This document shows, piece after piece, positions 9,592-18,042 of a stretch of DNA of 64,000 nucleotides. Under the pieces are notes generated by a model. The model saw nothing but the letters and a program-made list of their open reading frames with translations. It did no database searches and was not told where the DNA came from. The position numbers were made by a program, and so were the translations under genes. Within the stretch, counting starts at the first letter, position 1. Each line of letters opens with the position of its first letter. The stretch lies in IMG/VR virus record IMGVR_UViG_3300020442_000005, positions 124,001 through 188,000 of that record; one strand, 5' to 3'.

Positions 9592-9816
9592 ATGAAAATT
9601 ACAAAAAGACAGTTAAGACAGATTATCAAAGAAGCTACAAGCAAGGACCGGCTTGATTACGAGGCAGGTATTGACATGGGTTTTTCTGATTACAATAGAG
9701 ATATTAGAGATCGTGATTTATCAAAGCATAGTGAATCATTTCGCAAAGGCTATAGATATGGCTATAGCCAAGCAATGCGAATGGCTCAAGACTTTGATGA
9801 TGGTAATCCGTACTAA
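9592..9816 (+). CDS. Leader-family protein (MKITKRQLRQIIKEA) with a short Y/G-x-x-x-G-repeat cargo
   Basis: Start reassigned to ATG 9592 (SD AAGGA); contains DYEAGIDMGF and FRKGYRYGY. Confidence 0.75.
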   Translation: MKITKRQLRQIIKEATSKDRLDYEAGIDMGFSDYNRDIRDRDLSKHSESFRKGYRYGYSQAMRMAQDFDDGNPY

Positions 9817-9825
9817 GAGACTTTC

Positions 9826-10386
9826 GTGAAAATTACAAGACGTCAGATTAGACATGTTATCATGGAAGCATTACAACCAAAAATGTTACCTGATGGTTGG
9901 AAAATGCAGATACATGCTGGTGATTCTCTAAGTGCTGAGGGTCATTCTTTACTAGTGGTCCTTCTAAACAGTAACGGAAGAACTATAGGAAAAGTCGGCG
10001 CTGATAGGCATTGGACCGATAACCGTTGTATTGCAGACGTGTTTGAGGTTACAGGATCTGAAGTTCGTGGTGGTTATGGACCAACACTATATGATGTTGC
10101 AATAGAGTGGGCAACACTGAATGGTCTTGGATTGGTAGCAGACCGCTCAGGTGTGTCTGCAGAAGCAGAAAGAGTATGGCAAAAATATCTTACAGCCAGG
10201 CCCGATGTATCAGCTCACCGGTTACCTGATGGATATTGTGTTGGGCCCGAGGCAGAGTATGGCGGCGGAGAATGGTATCTTCACAGATACACAAAAGAGG
10301 AAAACCTAATTCCTGCTATGGCTAGATTTGGTCAGCTAGAAATAATATATGACGATGAAATTGAGGACATGAATCTGTACATGTAG
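9826..10386 (+). CDS. Leader-family protein (MKITRRQIRHVIMEA) with a GNAT-like acetyltransferase cargo
   Basis: Acetyl-CoA-binding-like motif EVRGGYGPTLYDVAIEWA followed by VSAEAERVWQKY. Confidence 0.6.
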   Translation: MKITRRQIRHVIMEALQPKMLPDGWKMQIHAGDSLSAEGHSLLVVLLNSNGRTIGKVGADRHWTDNRCIADVFEVTGSEVRGGYGPTLYDVAIEWATLNGLGLVADRSGVSAEAERVWQKYLTARPDVSAHRLPDGYCVGPEAEYGGGEWYLHRYTKEENLIPAMARFGQLEIIYDDEIEDMNLYM

Positions 10387-10399
10387 TCCTTAAATTAAT

Positions 10400-10428
10400 T
10401 TATAAAAACAAAATATATTTGGTATAAT
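10400..10428 (+). promoter_or_regulatory. Sigma70-like promoter TTATAA-N17-TATAAT
   Basis: Exact 17-bp spacing; same class as the 12 other sites in the window. Confidence 0.6.
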
Positions 10429-10447
10429 GTCTGCGTAACCAATAATT

Positions 10448-10509
10448 ATGATTAAGCCCCTAGCATGGACATAAGGCGGACCCCACACGCTCGCTAGGGA
10501 ATCATGTGG
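10448..10509 (+). ncRNA. Candidate structured 5' leader RNA
   Basis: Nested stems ATGATT/AATCAT and CCCTAGC/GCTAGGG; the GC-rich loop contains CCACA, complementary to downstream TGTGG. Confidence 0.45.
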
Positions 10510-10545
10510 ACAAGTAATCTCAAACAAACTTTAAGGAGAAAAATT

Positions 10546-11049
10546 ATGCCAAAAGTAATCGTAACCGATACCAAGGGACTTCATCAAGTTACCGGTACAG
10601 GTGTTGAAGGCTTGGAAGCCATTAAATTTAGTAGCAAAATTGCAGTTGGAGTTACCCAAACAAATTATGATACAGCAGCAATTTCAATTCCTGCGAATGC
10701 TCTGATCACTGATTTGGGTTATATTTGTGTCGACGCGCTTGATGCAAATACATCCACAACATTGACTTTCTCATTTGGTACCGCAGCTGGAGGCGCTCAG
10801 TTAGTGACCGCAACACAGCTTAACCAAACAAATACTGATATCGCTGCAGGCGTTACACAGTCAATTCAGCTTGGAAACATACCTCACGCATCAGGTGCGG
10901 CGATTCCTTATAAGGCTGGTGCTGCATATTTTAGCGCAACTGCAAGAGACATATTCATGCGTGTAACCGTTGGTGGCGCTAACATGTCGAATGCCGGATC
11001 AGTTATTGCTTTTGTTAAATACTGTATAGTGCCAAGCGCATCATTGTAA
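10546..11049 (+). CDS. Putative capsid decoration/structural protein (beta-sandwich-like)
   Basis: Start reassigned to ATG 10546 (SD AAGGAG). Ala/Thr/Gly-rich with ISIPANALITD; lies between the capsid and neck genes. Confidence 0.55.
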   Translation: MPKVIVTDTKGLHQVTGTGVEGLEAIKFSSKIAVGVTQTNYDTAAISIPANALITDLGYICVDALDANTSTTLTFSFGTAAGGAQLVTATQLNQTNTDIAAGVTQSIQLGNIPHASGAAIPYKAGAAYFSATARDIFMRVTVGGANMSNAGSVIAFVKYCIVPSASL

Positions 11050-11071
11050 TAGAACAATAAAGTAACAACAT

Positions 11072-11104
11072 GCCACCCTTCCTTGATTGGTTGGGTGGTT
11101 TTTG
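11072..11104 (+). terminator. Probable rho-independent terminator
   Basis: GCCACCC...GGGTGGT followed by Ts. Confidence 0.7.
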
Positions 11105-11173
11105 TTAGATTTTATAAAAGTAAAACATACTTATAAAAGATAGCGTTTAATATACTCAGAACAGGAGAGAGAA

Positions 11174-11449
11174 ATGGCTACATCAAAAAAGACAACTAAG
11201 GCTGAGACCGTTGCTGCTCACGGACACGCTGAGCTCGAAGCAAAAGTCGCTGGATTAGAAAAGTTAGTTGCAGAACTTAAAAAAGAATTAAAAGAGCATT
11301 GCGCAAAATCCGAAAAAGAACATAAGGCTTTAGCTGACAAGTGTGATGCATGCTGCGAAGCAAAAGTTTCTGCTAGTGCTGCTGATCCGCGGGTTGATGC
11401 AATGTGGAAATGGCTGAGAAAAGACCGAATTTTCCGCTCAGAAAACTAA
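11174..11449 (+). CDS. Small coiled-coil protein with a Cys cluster (CDACC)
   Basis: SD AGGAG; late-type motif at 11127. Confidence 0.65.
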   Translation: MATSKKTTKAETVAAHGHAELEAKVAGLEKLVAELKKELKEHCAKSEKEHKALADKCDACCEAKVSASAADPRVDAMWKWLRKDRIFRSEN

Positions 11450-11482
11450 TAATAATCACCAGCCATGTGTAAACAATACAGG

Positions 11483-11522
11483 ATATCGGCCATAATGGCC
11501 GATATTTTTTTTTATTTTTTTT
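11483..11522 (+). terminator. Rho-independent terminator
   Basis: Perfect inverted repeat ATATCGGCCAT-A-ATGGCCGATAT followed by long T runs. Confidence 0.85.
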
Positions 11523-11646
11523 AATTTAGGTTAATGGCGTGTGGCGTGTAAGTTTTATTGGTGAAAGTTTATCCTAATAGAAACTAGTTCAAGGTTGTTT
11601 GGGTTTTATACACATAATTATAAACGAACATGAACGGAGATAAAGC

Positions 11647-12819
11647 GTGGCCACATTTACAAACACAGTAGATCCAACTCCTTTTGGGATATTTGATTCT
11701 GATACAGATTTTCAATCCGATGCAGATTCAATGATTACATTTGTAAAAAGAAAGCTAGGTGATGACGTCCTAAGCGTTGAGTTGACCTCCAAGCAAATAT
11801 GGATGTGTTTTGAGGAATCTGTTTTCGAATACAGCAAATACATAAACGAGTATATGACTAAGTCGCAGCTTGGTAATCTTATGGGAATGGCAACCGGCTC
11901 TCTTTCCGGTTCAGAAAATAAATTACCTCGAGAGACATTAGAGTTTCTTATGCGAAAAGCCGAACCGTATGCTTCGCACGCGGCACTCGGAGGGTCTCAC
12001 AACATAATCTCCGGATCTATTACGTTAACAGGATCCCAGCAAGACTATGATATCCATACAGATCTTCTTAATGGAGACGGCGATTCAATATATTCCGCAC
12101 AATCCGCTGGCTCAAAAACAAAACTTCGTATATTTGACATTTATCATTTTTCAGCTCAGGCAGCTTATAGATTTTTTGATACAACGTCTGCTATAAATTA
12201 CTTGAATAACGAGTTTTCTTTTGAGTCTTTTACTCCGGAAACTGTGTTCTATGTCCTGCCTGTATTTGAGGATGTATTACGACAACAGCAGATGGATACA
12301 TCTAACAGAGTGCGAAGATCACAGTATACCTACGAACTGATAGGCACAAAACTACGCATATTTCCAAAGCCAACTGCACGAGTTAATGGCCAAAAGCTTT
12401 GGGTGCGCGTAGGATATGCTATGGATGGTCTAAATCCAGCATATCAAGATGATACTATTTTTGGGGTATCGGGACCACAAAACGTACCATTTGGAAATAT
12501 TGAATATGCAAAAATTAATTCAATGGGCAAACAGTGGATCCGCCAGTTTACTTGCGCATTGGCAAAAGAAGTGCTAGGGCAGGTTAGAGGAAAATTCGGA
12601 TCTGTGCCAATACCCAATGGCGACGTATCGTTAAACGGTGGCGACCTAAAATCAGAGTCTTCAAGCGAACAAGAACGATTACGCACGGAGTTAAAAGAAA
12701 TGTTAGATGGTCTCACGTACGACAAGCTGCTTGAAGCACAAGCAAATGAAGCTGAGACATTGACAAGATTGTTAAAGTTAGTTCCTATTCCATTCGGTAA
12801 GTCAATAATGATAGGATAG
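11647..12819 (+). CDS. Neck/head-completion protein, gp13-like
   Basis: Motifs FVKRKLGDDVLSVELT and WIRQFTCALAKEVLGQVRGKFGSVPIPNGDVSLNG. Confidence 0.85.
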   Translation: MATFTNTVDPTPFGIFDSDTDFQSDADSMITFVKRKLGDDVLSVELTSKQIWMCFEESVFEYSKYINEYMTKSQLGNLMGMATGSLSGSENKLPRETLEFLMRKAEPYASHAALGGSHNIISGSITLTGSQQDYDIHTDLLNGDGDSIYSAQSAGSKTKLRIFDIYHFSAQAAYRFFDTTSAINYLNNEFSFESFTPETVFYVLPVFEDVLRQQQMDTSNRVRRSQYTYELIGTKLRIFPKPTARVNGQKLWVRVGYAMDGLNPAYQDDTIFGVSGPQNVPFGNIEYAKINSMGKQWIRQFTCALAKEVLGQVRGKFGSVPIPNGDVSLNGGDLKSESSSEQERLRTELKEMLDGLTYDKLLEAQANEAETLTRLLKLVPIPFGKSIMIG

Positions 12820-12829
12820 GAGACTATAC

Positions 12830-13474
12830 ATGGCAAGATTATTTATAACAGCAAGAGAAATCGATTTTATTTCTGACATAACAAAAGAACTTACAAAAGA
12901 TATAATCGGTCAAGTGATATACTACTACAAACCTCGTGTAGATTTATCAAATTCCAACAACGTATATGATGAAATGACGGAAAGGGTGTTTGATCCACCA
13001 GTAGAAATAGATTGTACGGTTCAATGGAATCCATCGGAAAAAACAACGGATCGATATGGCCACCAGTCGCTTTCATCAATTGAAATATATCTACACTATC
13101 GAGATTTATTAGACCGTGGACTAGTCGTTGAGGAGGGTGATTTCTTTCAATTCGGCGACACATTCTACGAAATGACGACCGTCAATCGTGATAAGATTAT
13201 GTTTGGACAAGTTGAACATATAACCGGTTACAAAATAGTTGCCAAGCAAGCAAGAAAAGGACTGATTGATAAACCTGTTAACGGACCAACCGGTGAGCAA
13301 TTTACAGATGCCGGATCCGTGCAAGATACATTCGCACAACAGCGCGGTGACGTATCTAAAGGTGACAAAAGACAACTGGTGTCTGATGGTGTACTAGATA
13401 GCCCGATCGGAAACGCTCAGACGGTACGAAAGGACGGTAGTGCAAAGTCTTCATTCTATGGAGATGAATCATGA
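12830..13474 (+). CDS. Neck/head-closure protein, gp14-like
   Basis: Follows gp13; motifs VYDE...FDPPVEI and VEEGDFFQFG. Confidence 0.75.
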   Translation: MARLFITAREIDFISDITKELTKDIIGQVIYYYKPRVDLSNSNNVYDEMTERVFDPPVEIDCTVQWNPSEKTTDRYGHQSLSSIEIYLHYRDLLDRGLVVEEGDFFQFGDTFYEMTTVNRDKIMFGQVEHITGYKIVAKQARKGLIDKPVNGPTGEQFTDAGSVQDTFAQQRGDVSKGDKRQLVSDGVLDSPIGNAQTVRKDGSAKSSFYGDES

Positions 13475-14631
13475 TATACAAGAATCAAAAAATAGACGCA
13501 GCATTATACAATGTCGAAGACTTTCAAGAACTTCCATCTTGTGGTGTTGAAGATCTAGATAAGGCCGTATACGATTTGTTTGCAAATAAGCTTCCATTTT
13601 ATTATCGAACAAAAGATACTCAGAAAAGAATGCCGGCAATATTTGCTTCTGGTGAACGTGCGGTCATGTTAAAAAAGAGGCGTGCACTAAGAGATAACAC
13701 AGGGGCTTTAATCTTACCGGTTATATCCGTGCTTAGAACAGGCTTAGAGCAGGATCCTGAGGGATACGGACTTACTCCAACCGGCGATGAAATTATTATT
13801 AAGAAAAAAATATATAAAAATAACGCTGAATATAAAAGAGAAAAAAACTTTGAGGGATTGCGAAACGCTGACTATACTATAAAAGAAGAGGTTTTAAACG
13901 GTCATTTTTCTAAAAGAGAATATTACCTTGGAGACAGTTATCCATCCATCAGAAAGAATACAAATAATATATGTGAATATTACACAATGCCTGTACCCAG
14001 GTTTTTTAAATGTACATACGAAATTACTTTCTGGTGTCAGTTTCAAACACAGTTGAACAATGCCTTAGAAGCTTTGATGGATTTCTATAACACTCCTGCA
14101 CGCGCATTTATGCTGGAGTCAGAAAAAGGATACAAGTTTACAGCAAACATCGATGGTGCGATAAGCCAAGATAACAATACCGACTCTTTGACTGACACAG
14201 AAAGAATTGTAAAAGCATCAATCACTCTCAACAGTTATGGGTACATAATTAATCCGGATTACCCAGGTTCTGTTTCTTCTATAAAGAGATACGTCACGCA
14301 GCCAAAAGTTGTTTTTGAGACAAATATAGGCACAGTACCCACTATTTTAAAATCTTCTGGGTTAACGAGCAATGATCCTAATAATTATGTAGAGGAAGAT
14401 TGGGCCAATGAATTTGACAATTTACCAGGCTCAGGACTAGGTACCACGGTTTTGAACACAGAAAATGAGGCGGATGTGACAATAGGAACCACTAATAAAT
14501 TAGTTACAAATCGATACGTGTTAGAAACAAAAGATCCAAATACAGGAAAAGTTACAACCGAAGAATATATTATCAAAGATGTTAATAAAAGAAACGGTGA
14601 AATTGTGTTAAGACAAATAAGGGTTTTATAG
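13471..14631 (+). CDS. Tail terminator/sheath stabiliser, gp15-like
   Basis: Lies before the sheath; motifs PAIFASGER, LILPVISVLR and YEITFW...QLN. Confidence 0.7.
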   Translation: MIYKNQKIDAALYNVEDFQELPSCGVEDLDKAVYDLFANKLPFYYRTKDTQKRMPAIFASGERAVMLKKRRALRDNTGALILPVISVLRTGLEQDPEGYGLTPTGDEIIIKKKIYKNNAEYKREKNFEGLRNADYTIKEEVLNGHFSKREYYLGDSYPSIRKNTNNICEYYTMPVPRFFKCTYEITFWCQFQTQLNNALEALMDFYNTPARAFMLESEKGYKFTANIDGAISQDNNTDSLTDTERIVKASITLNSYGYIINPDYPGSVSSIKRYVTQPKVVFETNIGTVPTILKSSGLTSNDPNNYVEEDWANEFDNLPGSGLGTTVLNTENEADVTIGTTNKLVTNRYVLETKDPNTGKVTTEEYIIKDVNKRNGEIVLRQIRVL

Positions 14632-14674
14632 TCCAGAAAACATATTTAATAAAGAACAATAGGAGATTATTCAA

Positions 14675-17600
14675 ATGGCTGAACAAACATTCAAAAGTGC
14701 AGGTTTTTTCGATTTCGAAACAGAAATAAGCCGGTCGACGTCAGCAGCATCAGGAGTTCCGCTCGCTGTTATCGGTACTGCAGAAAAAGGCCCTGCTTTC
14801 AACCCTGTTTATTTTGGTTTGCCCGCTGGCGCTTCAACAGTTGGAGAGCAGCTGCGCAACTTTACCGAAAAATTTGGAAGTATCAGTCCCACACAATTTG
14901 GTCCATATGCTGTTAAAGCTTGGTTCGAACAGGGAGTGAGTTTTTCAAACATTACTAAATCTTGTCAATACCTTCGTGTTCTTGGTGCCGGTGCTAACTC
15001 ACAGCCTGGCGACTTCACAAACACCGGAACATACGGAATAGTTAAGTCTGCCGGGTTTAAGGTTAATCACCCTAATCCTTTTGCGTTGCTCGACGGTGCA
15101 GGAGGGCCATCAGTTAGTGGCGATCACCGTATTACTCACGGTGGCCAAAGATCAGTTCCAGGTACAACATATTTCTTGGCAGCAAGACATGAAGTACCAG
15201 CTACATCGGACACAGCGCTTCCACACTTTACTGATAACGATTCATTTAAGGGCGTTTCGTCCTCTGGTGCAGATGACGTTAACCTCATTAGAGCAATGAT
15301 TTTCACGCCAACTGGATCTGCATTATTAGTGGCTGACTATGATTCCGTTAATATTGAAACTCCAACAAATGGTATTGGCGCAGGAATTTTTGCAGCTGGA
15401 CAAGCTGGTTTGGCTTCTGGATCGGTTTCAACTAAATCAACTAGTTTATTTAAGCTGCTTGTTTCATCATCTGACGGAGCTACATTTGCTACAACCGATG
15501 GAAATGCTGGAGTTAAAATATTTACATGCTCATTAAATCCAGATGAAGATGAATATATCGGAAACGTTTTGAATACGGATCCACTTCTCATGGCTTCTCA
15601 AGGACATTATCTATACATTGATTGGCCTGTAACAAACGTTGTTGCTCCGGTAAAAACTGATATCTCTACGATTGCTTTATTGTCAGGATCTTCAGAAGAT
15701 CCAGGTGTTGGACTGTCAGCAGCTGATGATGTACCGGCAACGTTGTTAAACCAGTATCAAAACATGTTTGGAAGATTTGATACAAGATACAGTACTGCAA
15801 AAACACCGTACATCATTTCACAACCATTTGGAAAAACAGAGCATAACTTGTTTTACTTTGAAAATCTTTCTGACGGTGCCGCTGGAAACACAAACTATTA
15901 TATATCGATAGAAAACGTAAAAGCATCAACAGACCCAGCCAATTTGTATGGAACGTTTGACGTTGTTCTTCACTCATTTCCCGATACTGCTGGAGCAACA
16001 TCAATTCTAGAACGTTACTCTAGAGTAAGCCTAAATCCGGATGCTAAAAACTATATCGGTAAAGCAATCGGCGATTTCAAATCAACATACAACTTTGATA
16101 CTACTGTAGATAAAAGAAGATTCTCTAACTCTGGTGCAAATCCATTAAAATCTAACAGAATCCGAGTTGTCGTTGCTGAGAGTGTAAAAAGAAAATTGAT
16201 TCCACCGATTGCATTGCCATTTGGTTTCCGTGGTATTCCTACAATTAAGACATCGCCATCCATAAGAGATTGTGGTTCAGCCTCAGACGCTGAAGCGGCT
16301 GTTACAGAAAACATCGCCTTGGGTGACGTACCAAGGCTTGCACCGTTCTTTACCGGTTCGATTGCTGATTTTGCTGCCAATGATATAAAGGTAAAAGCCG
16401 GTCTGACCGGTTCGATTGTGCCTCCATTGCCTTTCCGGTTTAAGCAAGCTAAAACAGGTGACCTTAAGTCATCTCCTTCGTTTATTGGTCAGCCTGGTCC
16501 TCAAACTGCGACAGATGCAACATTGAACTGGGGCGTGCAATTTGAAAACCAAAGATCTGAGACAAAACCTTGGGAAGCAGGCAGTGCTGACTTGGATCGA
16601 ACAAACGGTATTATCAAATCATATGCTAAGTTTCAGGGTATCTCAAAGCTAAACACCGTTTATACCGGATCAGCTGTAGATAAATTTAATAACAATAAGT
16701 TTACGTTAGCAAGAGTTGCGCTAGTAAATCAGTTAAATGCTACTAACCCGTTACAAGACATCACCGGTTCGGCTTCCGATCATATCAAAGATGCAGCATA
16801 CATTCGTAACGGCGTGGTCGATGGTGCTGACTATACTGTATATGATAGAGTGCTCGATGGTGATCGTATATCACTTGCAACGCTGTTAGCAAAAGATAAA
16901 AAGAAATACAACAAGTTTTCTTCATATGCCAAGTTCAATACTATATTTTATGGTGGATTTGATGGTTTAAATATTTTTGACCGCGACGCGTATGAAATGA
17001 ACGATAAAGCTAGCTCAACAGAGGCTGGCGGCTTTGCTCGTGACATTGTCGGAGGAACCGGAATCACAGGTTCTGATAACGGCACTCTTATGGGTAAGGG
17101 AATAAACAACAGTATTATTCAGTCATACCGTTCAGCAATCGATATTATTAATGATCGATATCAGTCAATACACCACATATTGAACATTCCAGGTATACGT
17201 GAACCATTAATCACCGATTACGCTTCTGAAAGAACAGAAGATTATCAAATGGCCATGTATGTAATGGATATTCCAAACTACGATGAATCTGGTAACCGAC
17301 TATTTATTGACAGTACCGTTGTTCCATCTGTTGTTAAAACTGTAAGCAAGTTTGAGGCAAGAGACTTAGACAATAGTTATACTGCGACATATTTCCCAGA
17401 TGTAATAATCGACGATCCAATTAACGGTAATCGAAGAACAGAAGTTCCGGCATCGATCGCCGCTGTGACTGCATACTCCTACAGTGATTCATCAAAAGGT
17501 GGCTCTGTATGGTTTGCACCAGCTGGTTTTGACAGAGGTTCTTTGAGCCCGGTTAAAAATACAACAGTACGCCTGACGACACTAGACCGTGACGATTTGT

Positions 17601-18022
17601 ATGAAGCAAAGATCAATCCAATCGCAAACTTCCCCGTTGTAAATCCAGGTTTTGTCGAGTATAAAATTTGGGGCCAAAAAACATTGCAACTTAGACAATC
17701 CGCGTTGGACAGAGTAAACGTGAGAAGAATGTTACTTGAAGTAAAAAGACAAATCCTTCAGATATCACGTCGACTCTTGTTTAAGCGCAACAACCCGCAG
17801 CTTCGCACAAGATTCATCAGTGCTCTTTCGCCAAAATTATCTTTTATACAATTGAATCAGGGAATTGAGTCGTTTAGAATAATTATGGATGATAGTAACA
17901 ATACTGCGTTAGACCAAAAAAATTACAAACTAAACGGAAAGGTAATCATTGTGCCAACAAGAACGATTGAATTTGTTAGTATTGATTTTATTATTGATCC
18001 AGACGGCGTAACATTTCAATAA
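14675..18022 (+). CDS. Tail sheath protein 1 (gp18-like, with large insertions)
   Basis: N-terminal AVIGTAEKGPAF; C-terminal WFAPAGFDRG, INPIANFP, WGQKTLQ, ALDRVNVRRML and IVPTRTIEFVSIDF. Confidence 0.93.
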   Translation: MAEQTFKSAGFFDFETEISRSTSAASGVPLAVIGTAEKGPAFNPVYFGLPAGASTVGEQLRNFTEKFGSISPTQFGPYAVKAWFEQGVSFSNITKSCQYLRVLGAGANSQPGDFTNTGTYGIVKSAGFKVNHPNPFALLDGAGGPSVSGDHRITHGGQRSVPGTTYFLAARHEVPATSDTALPHFTDNDSFKGVSSSGADDVNLIRAMIFTPTGSALLVADYDSVNIETPTNGIGAGIFAAGQAGLASGSVSTKSTSLFKLLVSSSDGATFATTDGNAGVKIFTCSLNPDEDEYIGNVLNTDPLLMASQGHYLYIDWPVTNVVAPVKTDISTIALLSGSSEDPGVGLSAADDVPATLLNQYQNMFGRFDTRYSTAKTPYIISQPFGKTEHNLFYFENLSDGAAGNTNYYISIENVKASTDPANLYGTFDVVLHSFPDTAGATSILERYSRVSLNPDAKNYIGKAIGDFKSTYNFDTTVDKRRFSNSGANPLKSNRIRVVVAESVKRKLIPPIALPFGFRGIPTIKTSPSIRDCGSASDAEAAVTENIALGDVPRLAPFFTGSIADFAANDIKVKAGLTGSIVPPLPFRFKQAKTGDLKSSPSFIGQPGPQTATDATLNWGVQFENQRSETKPWEAGSADLDRTNGIIKSYAKFQGISKLNTVYTGSAVDKFNNNKFTLARVALVNQLNATNPLQDITGSASDHIKDAAYIRNGVVDGADYTVYDRVLDGDRISLATLLAKDKKKYNKFSSYAKFNTIFYGGFDGLNIFDRDAYEMNDKASSTEAGGFARDIVGGTGITGSDNGTLMGKGINNSIIQSYRSAIDIINDRYQSIHHILNIPGIREPLITDYASERTEDYQMAMYVMDIPNYDESGNRLFIDSTVVPSVVKTVSKFEARDLDNSYTATYFPDVIIDDPINGNRRTEVPASIAAVTAYSYSDSSKGGSVWFAPAGFDRGSLSPVKNTTVRLTTLDRDDLYEAKINPIANFPVVNPGFVEYKIWGQKTLQLRQSALDRVNVRRMLLEVKRQILQISRRLLFKRNNPQLRTRFISALSPKLSFIQLNQGIESFRIIMDDSNNTALDQKNYKLNGKVIIVPTRTIEFVSIDFIIDPDGVTFQ

Positions 18023-18042
18023 GAATAACAGGAGAAACTTAA

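Noticed and set aside
8445-10386. Leader repeats as a CRISPR array, integron attC sites or DGR repeats
   Set aside because: The repeats are protein-coding with synonymous variation and are not palindromic. No integrase, Cas or reverse transcriptase is present in the window.
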